Below, piece by piece: positions 37,733 to 48,849 of a stretch of DNA of 64,000 nt. Position 1 is the stretch's first letter, and the number at the start of each line of letters is the position of its first letter. Origin of the DNA: Hypanus sabinus (lineage: Eukaryota); the NCBI RefSeq assembly GCF_030144855.1, contig NC_082708.1, positions 144,522,001-144,586,000 on the forward strand. Direction: 5' to 3'. The notes beneath the pieces were generated by a model. The model made no database searches and was not told the origin of the DNA. It saw nothing but the letters and a program-made list of their open reading frames with translations. The translations under genes and the position numbers were made by a program.

Positions 37733-38396
37733 GGGAACTTGCAGGGCGGGCGACAACGCCGGGCTTCTGCGCCCCACCGCTGGTGGTAGAAGCAGCACCA
37801 GTGTTCATTGGGCCGGGGGTTGGCGGGCTCTGCGGCCGGGCCTGGACTGGTTTGCTGCTGGAAGCGTGGCTGCGAGATCTGTGCGATGGATGTGCGCTCA
37901 CCTTTTTGGCGTTCCACAGCAAGTCCACTTGGGATGCCACTTTCCGGGGGTCACTGAAATCCACGTCGGACAGCAGCAGGCGTATGTCCTCGGAAAGCTG
38001 CTCCAGGAATGCCTGCTCAAACATGAGGCAGAGTGTGTGTCCGTCGGCCAGAGACAACATCTCATTCATTAAAGCCGAAGGAGGTCTGTCGCCCAAGCCA
38101 TCCAGGTGCAGTAAACGGGCAGCCCGCTCGCGCCGTGAGAGTCTGAAAGTCCTGAGGAGAAGGGCTTTGAATTCCGTGTACTTGCCGTCAGCCGGGGGCG
38201 ACTGTACGAACTCCGCGACCTGGGCCGCTGTGTCCTGGTCGAGGGAGCTCACCACGTAGTAGTAGCGGATGTCTTCTGAGGTGATCTGGCGAACGTGGAA
38301 TTGGGCTTTGGCTTGCTGGAACCATAGGTTCGGTCGCTGTGTCCAGAAACCCGGCAGTTTCAACGAAACCGCATGAACAGAGGCGGCGTCGGTCAT
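37705..38396 (-). pseudogene. Gypsy gag (one frameshift near 37900)
   Basis: MTDAASVHAVSLKLPGFWTQRPNLWFQQ..., continuing in another frame to the Cys/His motif [18 protein letters not shown] and a stop at 37705. Confidence 0.85.
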
Positions 38397-38420
38397 TTCT
38401 GGTCCAAAAATCGTTTGGAC

Positions 38421-38434
38421 CGTCGGGGTCACAA
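38421..38434 (-). promoter_or_regulatory. Primer-binding site complementary to tRNA-Trp 3' end
   Basis: TTGTGACCCCGACG lies 2 nt after the 5' LTR and matches the tRNA-Trp PBS TGGTGACCCCGACG at 13 of 14 positions. Confidence 0.8.
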
Positions 38435-38436
38435 AC

Positions 38437-38671
38437 TATAGCGGTGTGCTACATGCAGCGCTAAAATTACGACACGGAGTCGGTAACTGCAGTCGAAGGA
38501 AAAACTTGATTCGAAATCCTCAGCCTCACTTTTAAGCCTCCCTCAACCTGCCCCCCGTGGCGCAGAGGCTCCAAAGCTCTGTGCTCGCAAACGCCCGTAG
38601 GCTATCTCCCTTAGCCGGAAAGCTGGCTAATTGTGAGCCGGTTCGGATGAGCCAGGAAATGGGTCGCCACA
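38437..38671 (-). repeat. Gypsy 5' LTR (235 bp)
   Basis: Direct repeat of 34428-34641. Begins TG on the - strand; terminal CA mutated to TA. Confidence 0.93.
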
Positions 38672-39544
38672 AGCTACAGATTTACCATCTCCTGGGCTCT
38701 TTCAGAAATAATGACTTGAAGAAATGTCACCAGGTTCACTTGGGATTTCTACAAGTTTCAGAAGTCACAAAGTAAAACAATCATGTTGGCACAACTTGCT
38801 TGTAAATTCCTATCTCCTTTGATTGTGATCACATAACCCACTAATGAACATCAATCACAAATCACTTTGTAACATTTACTTGCAAACAAACTAGTCTTAG
38901 CATTAAAAAGATAGTATCGCTCTTCGATTAGTCTGAGATATGGAATACTACCCGCCTCTTAACTCAGTGGAAGGTCGCAGATTGTGGAAGTGATATAGGT
39001 CCTTCGGCACATGTCATTGTATTGATACTCCATGATTAATCTAACCCATCCCTTCCACATAGCCCTTCAGTTTTCTTTCATCACGTGCCTACCTCTTTTA
39101 ACTGTCCCTAATATATCTGCCTCTGCCACCACACACTTCTACACACTTATTACTCATTGTGGAGAAACCCTACCTCTGATATCCCCCTATACTTTCACCA
39201 AATCACCTTAAAAGTACGTCCTCTCTTACTAGCCATTGCCACCTAGGTACACGGCCAAGCCAACATTTGATACCACTAGGTTCCTGTCTGAAGAACCTCT
39301 TACTGATTCCCATGTCATGCTCGATTCTCTTGGTGCCTGTGCTTTTGCCTCTGGATCAGTAAGTTTTAGGTTCAAATATTGTTTCAAAGACTAACTGATG
39401 TTTAGTGTTGTACTGAAGGTGTGCTGCATCACCAGCAGATACTGTCCATTGCTCAACTTCTGAAACTTGGGCTCTTTTCCCCTACTTTAGAAACGGTGCA
39501 TTTGGAGAAGAACAATCAAGTCCTTTTTGTGCACTAATCAATAT

Positions 39545-39915
39545 TGGGATGACAGGATGGAGATATTTCTCTACCAAAGGAGGTGCAAGGGACTCCTTCA
39601 CTTCTTCAGCCTGCAGGTCACCCTTGGGTAAGTATAGCACCTGCTTACACCCCCCCCTCCCACTTGAAGCCATGGGAGCAGGTGGCAGATGGTCGCATGA
39701 GCACCTGGTACATATCACACATCCTGGTTATGCAACCACTGATGAGAGGCAGACTATCTCTTAAGTGTGTTGATAATGGCTGGGGTCACCAGTCTTCTAA
39801 TGACACTGCTCAGAAGGCGGCAACAGCAAATCACTTCTGTAGAAAAGTTTGCTGAGAACTATCATGGTCAATGAAAGACCATGATTGGCCACATCATATG
39901 ACAGGGCACATAACT
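39545..39915 (+). mobile_element. Short non-autonomous retroelement with RTE/Bov-A-like segment
   Basis: gaaggcggcaacagcaaatcacttctgtag resembles the RTE/Bov-A motif GAAGGCAATGGCAAACCACT. Hairpin atcatggtc...gaccatgat near the 3' end. Confidence 0.45.
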
Positions 39916-40439
39916 AATGAACAAATCTAGATTAGTCCTTCAGTCAACATCACTGGGAGATTATCTGTTTGTTATTTCATTGCTGTTGTACAGTGTTGTA
40001 TAAGCTGCTTTGTGCAGTAATGACTAAACCCCAGAAAGAGATTTCACAGGCACCAATGCCTTAGGCTTCAGTATGGCATTTACAAATGTAAAACTTCCTT
40101 TGCTTTGGAAATCCACTCTCAACATGTTAATTGAGATTCCTTCTGTCACTGTACTTGGAATTTTACTCCAGAACATCACCTCCAAAGAAATTTTTAGAAT
40201 TAATCTGCAGTAACTTCACTATGAGAAAACATGAAATGCACTCTAACATCTTTTGGAGTTTATTAAAGGGACTGCGTTTATCACTTTCTGGTGGTATCTT
40301 CATTGATGTCGGCAGTAAATGGGCAAAGTGACAACTGCAGCCACTCGTTGCTGCATCAGCATTAGGGTTGTTGGCTGTGGATCCTGACATTCCATTCGAG
40401 GGCAAAGCCACCTCAATAAAATGCCAGCATTAAAGATAA

Positions 40440-40705
40440 AGATCAGCTTTATTCTCATATGTACACCAAGGATTGTGCTGTACAAATGTCACTACGCCTC
40501 CGGCGCCAATATAGCATGCCCACAGCTCACAAACCCTAACCCTGCATCTTTGGAATGTGGGAGGAAACCGGCGTATCTGGAGGAAACACACTTGGTCATA
40601 GGGTGAACACACAGACTCCTTACAGACAGTGGCAAGAATTAAACTGTTATCTTACAGCACATGCTGTAGTAGCATTACGCCAACTGCTGTGCTACTGTAC
40701 CACAC
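40440..40705 (-). mobile_element. tRNA-derived V-SINE-like element
   Basis: Reverse complement contains gggtgtgtttcctccagatacgccggtttcctcccacattccaaagatg. Confidence 0.7.
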
Positions 40706-40835
40706 AGATCATCAAACGTGCTCCATTGAAAATGCCAGCAGAAGGCACTCTAGCCTGGCTGCCACTCATTTCAATCCTGCTGATCTTCCCACCCTCAGCA
40801 ACTCTTCTGTATTAGTTCTCAAACCCCCAATCTTA

Positions 40836-40948
40836 TAAAATAATTGACTGCGTAAGTATTCAACCCCACCTCCCCTTTAATATGACACACCAAATCATCA
40901 GTGGTGCAGCCAATTGCTTTTAGAAGTCACATAATTAGTTAAATGGAT
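40836..40948 (+). mobile_element. Isolated fragment of the same Tc1 family (inner part of left TIR)
   Basis: aaaataattga...tattcaacccc...cccctttaatatgacacaccaaatcatca aligns with 41510-41590. Confidence 0.75.
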
Positions 40949-41345
40949 CCCCACAGTCCTCAGGGGTAGAGGATTCCAGAGATTCACCACCTTATAAGGG
41001 TTGCCCCATGTGCCAGCAGGTTACCTGGAATACAGAACCATCAGTACAATTCCAGAGTACAGCAGATGAAACTCCCCACCCTGAGAGTTGTACTTACCCT
41101 TGACACCATCTAGAAGAGGAGATGACTTTTGCTCAAAATCATTACAGGTAATGTGCATTAAACATGGCCAAGAAGGGTGGGGAGATGTGTTGAATCTAAA
41201 GATTTAAAGCTAGTATTACATTTTCTTTATGTGCAATATTCTTTGTGTTTGATATCAGCAATGGCACATGTTGTCCTGGATTTCCTTGGAATATAGCAGA
41301 ATGAGGGGTAACTTTATTGAAATGTTTAAAATGTTGAGAAATATT

Positions 41346-42839
41346 CAGTGCCTATAAAAATATTCACTCCCCTTGGAAGTTTTCATGTTTTTTTACTACA
41401 TTGAATCACAATTTGGCTTTTTTGACACTGATCAACAGAAAAAGACTTGCATGTCAAAATGAAAACAATCTCTACAAAGTGGTCTAAATTAGTTACAAAT
41501 ATAAAACACAAAATAATCGATTCTATAAATATTCAAACCCTCCCTCCCTCCCCCCTTAATATGACACATCAAATCATCACTGGTGAAGTCATTTTGGAGA
41601 CCTGCGTGCAGTCAAGTTGCTTCAACTGATTATAAAAAATACACCTGTATCTGGAAGGTCCAACTGCTGGTGAGTCTGTATCCTGGCAAAAACTACACAA
41701 CGAAGACAAAAAAACACTCCATATGACTCTGCAAAAAGGTTATTGAAAAGCAAGGAGATGGATACTAGAAAATTCTCAAGTCTCTGAATATCCCTTGGAA
41801 TGCAGCTGTCAATCATCAAGAAATGGAAAGAATATGGTACAGCTGTAAATCTGCCTAGAGCAGGCCGTACTCAAACATTGAGTGACTGTGCAAGAAGGGG
41901 ACTGGTGAAGGAGGCCACCAAGAGACCTACGACAACTCTGGAGGAATTACAAGCTTCAGTGGCGGAGATGAAAGAGACTTCACATACAATAACTGTTGCC
42001 TGGATGCTTAATCAGTCACAGCTTTAAGAGAGAGTGGCAAAGAGAAAGCCACTGTTGATAAAAAGTCTTGGCTAGAGTTTGCCAGAAGGCACGTGGGACC
42101 CTCTGAAATCAGCTGGACAGGGTTTCTAAGGTCTGATGAAACCAAAACTGAGCTTTTTGGCTGTAAGACATAACGCTATGTTTGGGATCAGCCAAACACC
42201 CTGTATTATCAAAAACACACCCTCCCTACCATGAAGCACGGTAGTAGCTGTGGGGATGCTTCGCTGCTTGTGAAGATAGAGGGCAAAATTAATGCAGCAA
42301 AATACCTGATGCAGTCTGCAAGAGAACTGCGACTTGGAAAAAGATTTGTTTTCCAGCAAGCCAATGGTCCTAAAGCCAAAGCTGCGCAGGAAAGGTTTAA
42401 AAGTTACTGTCCTGGAGTGGCCAAGTCAGAGTCCAGGGCCCAATCCAATTGAGAATTTATGGCTGGACTCGAAAATGGCTGTTCACTCATGATCCCCATG
42501 CAATCTGACAGAGCTCGAGTAGTTTTGTATAGAAAAATGGGGGAAATTTGCAGTGTCCAGATGTGTAAAGCTGATAGAGGCCTATGTACACAGACTCAAG
42601 GCTGTAATTGCTGCCAAAGGTGCATCTACTAAATACTGACTTGAAGGGGATAAATACTTATGCGATCAATTATTTTGTGATTTATATTTGTAATTAATTT
42701 AAATCACTTTGAGATGGAAAAGAATCCTTTTCTGTAGATCAGTGTCAAAAAAGCCAAATTAAATCCTTTGTGATTCAATGTTGTAAAACAATAAAACACG
42801 AAAACTTCCACGGGGGTGAGCACTTTTTAATAGGCACTG
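41346..42839 (+). mobile_element. Tc1-family DNA transposon (IR/DR-type long TIRs), decayed, nested in a CR1 3' fragment
   Basis: TIRs CAGTGCCTATAAAAA...TTTTTAATAGGCACTG of about 200 bp with inner direct repeats; right flank TA. Transposase remnants IIKKWKEYGTAVNLPRAGR, SDETK, FQQANGPK and WPSQSPGPNPIENLW. Confidence 0.92.
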
Positions 42840-43949
42840 TAGATAAGGTGCATGTTAATAGCCTTTTCTCCAAGGTAGAAGAGACCAAAATTTAGGAGAA
42901 TAGATCTAGGGTGTGAAGGGAAAGATATTAAAGGGCTGCAAGGGGCAACTTTTTCATGCACAGGGTGGCAAGTGTGTGGAACAAGATGCCAGAAGTAGTT
43001 GGTGAGGCAGGTGCAATTGTATAATATAAGAAACACTTGGATAGGTACATTGAAGTGGGGCTTAGAAGGATATGGGCTGAAGTTGGAACTAACTGAGCGA
43101 GCACCATGCTCAGCAAGGACATTGGACCGAAGGGCCTGTATCTATGCAGTATTGCTTTGATTGCTAAAGTTTAAATTCTCATTCCAGAGTAGTAAAGCCA
43201 CCCTTGAATAGTTAATGAAAAAATGATTCTTCTTTTGGATTTACAAGTCTCTTTGAAAAAGATTCTCTACTCATGAAAATGATCTGATTGAAGCATTGGC
43301 CATAATTCATTTACAGGCATTGCATGACATTCAAAAATAGACTGTTCTGAACAGACACAAACTAACTGAATAATGTAAAGTATGTGGGGCAAGTTCTTTT
43401 AGTACACATCATGGTTCAGCTGCTATGCTAGCAGATACAATCTTAGAATTCACAGCACAGATTTCATTACAGAAAAACACCTCATTTGCCCACTGTCCTG
43501 AGTCAACACTGGCACTTTAAAGTTATCCATGCATAGCCTTTACCCTTTTTACCATATCCCTTCATCTTTTTCCTTTTAAAATATTCATTTGATTCTCTTT
43601 TAACCAACCTATATTTTGACAGCCACTTGTAGCAAAAAAGAAGTTGTTTACCTTTTGTGATAAATCTCCCCTAATCTCAAAATTCATTCTTTTGGAAATA
43701 ATCTGGAATAGCTTCCCTTTTGTTAATAGTTCACATATTTATAAATAAAAAATGCCCAATTTTTATACTGATTACAAGATTTCACAACACATGCCAGTGA
43801 TAATAAACCGGATTCTGATTCTGAGATCAAACAAATACAAAGGAAATCATTGCAGCTACTGAACGAACATTCCAAGGTCTTTACACTTGGCATCACACCG
43901 CACAACGACAGGCTCTTCACCTCACCGAGTCTGTGCTAAACATCAAACA

Positions 43950-44215
43950 CTCATTCACAATAGACCTACATTAATCCCATTTGCTAATCTCCCACATGCA
44001 GATTAGCTCCATCTAGATTCTACCACTTACCTATGCACTAGGAGGAATTTACAGCGGCTGTATAACCACACATCTTAGAGATATAGGAACCTGGAGCACT
44101 GGGAGAAAACCCATGCAGACACAGACAGAACATGCAAACTCCACACAGACAACACCTGAAGTCAGGAATGAAATCTGCATCTCGGATACTGTGAGGCAGC
44201 AGCTCTACTAGCTGT
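43950..44215 (-). mobile_element. tRNA-derived V-SINE-like element
   Basis: Reverse complement contains gctgcctcacag...gtctgtgtggagtttgcatgttc...gggttttctcccagtgctccaggttcc. Confidence 0.7.
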
Positions 44216-45944
44216 GTAATAACGTTGAAATAAAGATTAATTCATAATACACAGTGAGTGGAATGTCAAAGTCAAAGTTAAGTTTATTGTCATATACACA
44301 AGTAGATGTATCCACATACACAATTAAAAATTTACTTACAGCAGCGGTCACAAGATCATTTCATACATTTGTTGAAATGACAATATTGTATATTTTGGTT
44401 GTGCGAAGAATGACCAATTGGTCAGTCTTTATGCCCAAATTCCCTATCCGGGAATGTTATCCTCATTCTAAACAATCTGCGATACCCCTTACATTTAACA
44501 TTACTGTACATTTGATATCTGCCTGTGTTATAGGCACCTATCTATAATGAACTCTGAACTGCTTCTCAGATTTAGAAGAATATGACCAACTGAACCAAAT
44601 AACATTTAAATTGTTCTGCATAGCTATAATCTATCAACCCTGATATAATTCTTGTAAATCTTTGTCTCCAATGTTTAGATATAGTTTCTAAAACAATAGT
44701 ATGCCCAGCATTATGGAGACTCCTTCAGCTCTACTTGTTTTCTACAAGTATAAGAATGACTTCCTGATTTTATTTTCATTGTTGCTGTGAATAAAACCTA
44801 AAATTATGTGGCCTTCTGAGCTTCACTTCTACCTGTGCTTGTGTCTGCAGTGCTACATCTATATGTTTGCATAACCTGCTCGGAATATTTTTTATTTTGA
44901 ATATAGCTATTCTATCCCCTATATCACACAATTTCATGTATCTGATATTTTGGCATGTAACTAGCAGGGTAGATAAGAAGGAATCAGTATATCTGGCAGA
45001 CGTGGATACATGGTGGTGCTGGACCAGCAGATTTTAACTACTGAAGACAACAATAATTTAAATTCCAATACTTAGTGGCACAGTAACATAATACATTTTT
45101 CAGTGAACCTGAAATTGATAAGAGTAGGGGAAAGTGCAGGAAATAAGGCCATGGTGAGTTTTGAGGGAGAAAGGGAACCAGGTCAGTTCAACTAAGGGCA
45201 GGTCCTGCGGTCCAGGCGTTTAAAGGGAATGCGGGAAATAGGGCTTGGGTAAACTTCACTGCTCTGGTGAGCTTCAGAAGAGTGAGAAACAAGGGTTTGA
45301 TCAGTTCAAGGTAGAGAGAGGGACTAGAATCCGGCTGAGTTTAAATGGAATGCTGGAATCAGCACATATTGAACCCAGGACTGAAGAAACAGCCAAGATT
45401 TTTGAACAATCCAACAGTTTCTTGGAGATTTACTGGAGCTGGATTTTCAAAGGGCATTTTGCGACACCATTCAAAAGTGTTGATGCAGAACATGAGAGCT
45501 TATTGCATTTGGAGTACTGGGAACAGATTAGGAATGAACGGTCATTCCTGTGTTGGAAGCCTGTTACAAATGGAGTATAAATTCAGCACTGGCTCGGGAG
45601 TTATTTCCAATCCACAAGAAGGATAGTCAGAAAGAGCAGAATGTACTATGTCCATGTTTGTTGGCAAAGGGAGGCAGGAAAGCCAGTGTGATAAAGATGC
45701 AGAATCCACAGAGGAAATAGGCTAATAAGTACTATGTGGGAAAATGTGAAAATATTTACTTTGGCAACATTCTAAAAATACAATTTTTTTCTTGACATAC
45801 AAATTCTGTTCAAAATCCGGCAGTAAGGCCAACCCACACTGGTATTACTGACCTATACATGTCATATGCAAGTGACATAGGATCTTAATTTGCATATTTT
45901 AATAATGTCCCATCTAAAAATAGGCAGGCCTGTTATAAATATGG

Positions 45945-47200
45945 AAGTCTGCAGTTGCTGGAAATCCAAAACAAAATACACTACTTGCTGGGGGAGCTCA
46001 GCAGGTCAGGCAGCAAGTAAAGAGATAGTAGATTTTCGGACGGAGACCCTCCTTCAGCAATTAGAAGGGTGAAGATGCCAGAATAAAAAGGTTCCGGGAG
46101 GGGAAGAGGCTAGCAGCAAGGTGATGGGCTGTGGCGCTTCCGATTACGGGACTGCCAGGAAATCACATAAAAATGAACCTTTTCTTCCCTCTTTCTCTTC
46201 ACTATTCTACTTGGTCTCCCTCCATCCCCCAGTCACCCCGCTGCTCCACACCGACATTTTTCCCCTTTGCATTCTCCCTTTCTCTTGTTCTGTCCCTGCC
46301 TCACCATCCATCATTTCCCACAGAATCCCTTTCCGAACTCTCCCTGATCTATCAACTACCCTTTCCGAACTCTTGCTGCTATCTCTGTTACATGTTCTTT
46401 GTCTCATTCTCCCTTCCTTTCTCTGATTCATTCTCAGTTCTATTTAACACACCCGCCTCTCTTGAACTTTCCCCTTCAATCCGCACTCGCCCTTCTCACT
46501 TTTTATCTTTTGTTTCCTTCAACCTGCTGTTCAACAGCTTTCTTGCCTCCAGTAGTCTTCCATTTTATTTCACTTCTTTCCCATCTTTGGCTGCATCCAT
46601 CCCCTCCCTTTCTTTTTCTTTCCCCTCATTCACTATCCTTGCCACCCATTATGCCCCTCACTATTGCCCCCTACCCGCTCGCTATGGCCCCTCCTTCTCA
46701 TTACCTCCTCGCACTATCTTCACTCCCTTTCCTGTCCCTCCTCACTTAACCCTCCCTTCCTCTCTTCTTTTCCATATATTCCCCCTCCATTTAACGTTCT
46801 TTCACACCTTCCCTCCCTTGTCTCGCAGTTTTCCTCACTCCCATTTTCCTTCCTCTTTCTCCGTCTCACCCTCTTACTCCCTTCTCTCTCTACCTCATTT
46901 ACCATCTCCCTAGCCTTCACCTCTCTCCTTTCTCAACTCCCTCTACCCGCGAGCACATCTTTCTCACAGGTTCCTTTCTCCCTCCCAGCTTCTCTTTCCC
47001 CCTTACCTCTCACTTCCTCTGTCTTTCCCTTCCTTTCTCCCCCTCCCTCTCTCCGCCCCTTCCTTCCTGGGCACTACACTGGCTCTCTTTCCCCTCTGAC
47101 GAAGGGTCTCGGCCCGAAACGTCGACTGTACTTCCACCAGCATTTTGTGTGTTTTGCTTGAATTTCCAGCATCTGCTGATTTCATCGTGTTTGCGTTGTC
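45945..47200. mobile_element. Penelope-like remnant: two termini in inverted orientation flanking a polypyrimidine tract
   Basis: 45945-46130 matches the terminus at 11345-11520 in the same orientation. 47095-47200 is the reverse-complement terminus (ctgacgaagggtctcggcccgaaacgtcgac...cagcattttgtgtg...ttccagcatctgc). Confidence 0.7.
46170..47095 (+). repeat. Low-complexity polypyrimidine (CT-rich) tract, about 0.9 kb
   Basis: Overwhelmingly C/T on the + strand; produces spurious stop-free ORFs. Confidence 0.9.
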
Positions 47201-47267
47201 CCGCGTTTCTCTCTCCCCATCCCTCCAGTTCATTGTCCCTCTCTCTCCCCGGGACCTGAGCGCTTAC

Positions 47268-47694
47268 CTTTCTCACAGGCTCCTTTCCGAATTTTGGTCA
47301 CCGGGCTACCTCCCGCCTTCTCCGCCCGCTGCGCCGCTGCTCTCAGCTCACAGCCAGTGCTGTAGGTGATGCCGTCGCTACCGCACACCTGCTCGGGGGA
47401 CTTGCAGACGCAGTGCCCCCGGCCCTTCCGCTTGGAGCCGGTACGGACGCACTCGTAGCCCTGGGCGCAGCGGCCGTACTTGGAGTCTCGGCCACCGCAC
47501 GGCTCTCCCTGGCCGGCGAAGCACACCGTGCAGCAGCGGCACGGACTGGGCGCTTCGCCCAGCGGGCAGCCTCCGGGCGGCAGAGCCGGACATTCTGACG
47601 GCACGCAGGGTGGGCACCGAGTCGAGCCTGTCTTCAGCTCGGCGCTGGCCGCGAACAGCAGCAGGAGACACCCACCCAGTAACTGGACGCTCAT
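47268..47694 (-). CDS. IGFBP7: IGFBP7 exon 1 (signal peptide, IGFBP domain, Kazal domain)
   Basis: ATG at 47694 and a hydrophobic signal peptide. Cys-rich IGFBP domain (CRCCTVC...GEPCGG...CAQGYEC), Kazal motif VCGSDGITYSTGC, donor AAA G|gtaagc in phase 1. Tail-to-tail synteny with POLR2B favours IGFBP7 over KAZALD1/IGFBPL1. Confidence 0.95.
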
Positions 47695-47734
47695 CTTGAC
47701 AGAGAATAACTCCCTCCCGTGAGACCCGTGTCCC

Positions 47735-47740
47735 CTTATA
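47735..47740 (-). promoter_or_regulatory. Candidate TATA box of IGFBP7 (TATAAG)
   Basis: gctgTATAAGggg lies about 45 nt upstream of the ATG, implying a very short 5'UTR. Confidence 0.5.
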
Positions 47741-48849
47741 CAGCATCTCCGGCTCCACCCTATAGAAACGTTTCAAACCAAAGTCCTACTGTAGCAAATT
47801 AACCTCCTCGTGTTAACACAGTTGAAGGAGAAACAAAATTCACGAAAACTTAAACTCACAAGCACCCAACTCGAGCTACGATTGATCAAACTAAACTACA
47901 TGTTACAAAAACAAGTACTTCGAAAACTTAAATACAGCAATGTAAACCAGTGTATAAATCAGATAGATTAAACTTCCATCCAGTCTAAATATAAATTCAC
48001 AAAAGCTAAACCAAAATCAAGCTCAACTCACAAAAACTAAACTGCCATTTAGACAAATTACTTGAATTAATACAATTAAATTGAACTCCATTTTGTCGTG
48101 CTAAAATTAAACTCTAAATGCTAAGTTAAACTAAAATTTCAATGGTAAGTTGTAAGCTTTCATTCACATTTATCAGAGTGTGCATTTTGCACACACTAAC
48201 TTGTCTCAGTTGGCAATAATCTTACTCCTGAGCCAAAGGTTGTGGGGTCCAAATTCCACTCCAGGTATTTTAACACAAAATATAGTCAACATGTCTGTAG
48301 CTCTGAGAAGAGCTGAAGTGCTATCCTTCAGGGATCATGGTCCTGTTTATTCTTTCAGGCGCACAAAGATCCCACAATGTTATTTTGGAGAATTCCAAAA
48401 CGATCCCCAATATTTATCTCTCAATCAATGTTACAGGCCATCATCTCAGAGCTGCATAATGTGTTGTTTGTTATTTTTCTACATTACAACAATGATTCTC
48501 CCCTCAGAAAAAACCTCTTTTCACTTTTGTGATTTAGATATTGCCCGCAAAATCACCACTCATTGCCTATCCTACTGCTATTGGTGAGCTGCTTGCATAA
48601 ACATTGAGTACTCCCACAGTGCTGATCGGCATTTAGCTTCATCATTGGTCTCTGATGTCTCATCATTGGTTTCCGAGTCAGGATAATGTGGAGTGGGACT
48701 TCTCTTGTCCTCCTTGGTGATGTAAGCCATGAGTTTGCGAGTTGCTCTCTGGGTAGCCTGGGCAGGTATTGTTGCTTTGTGCTGGACTGGCTGTACGTTT
48801 CCCTACTGTATTAAGTAGCTGCAGAAAACTGACTTCTTTTGTACTCTCA

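Larger units (their letters stand above)
34428..38671 (-). mobile_element. Full-length Ty3/Gypsy LTR retrotransposon (Mag-like), decayed
   Basis: Two LTRs, 4-bp TSD AGCT (34424-34427, 38672-38675), PBS and poly-G PPT. Gag begins LKLPGFW...WFQQ; pol order is PR-RT(YLDD)-RNaseH-IN(HHCC, DDE region). Confidence 0.96.
47250..47760. promoter_or_regulatory. CpG island over IGFBP7 exon 1
   Basis: Sharply GC- and CpG-rich in an otherwise AT-rich, CpG-depleted window. Confidence 0.75.

Noticed and set aside
34548-38259. Many overlapping and antisense ORFs of 100-260 aa
   Set aside because: Shadow frames of the GC-rich Gypsy gag-pol with no independent motifs.
46121-47276. Long ORFs (up to 260 aa) rich in S/F/L/P or, on the other strand, E/R/G/K
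   Set aside because: Artefacts of the polypyrimidine tract, which lacks stop codons; no domain or splice evidence.
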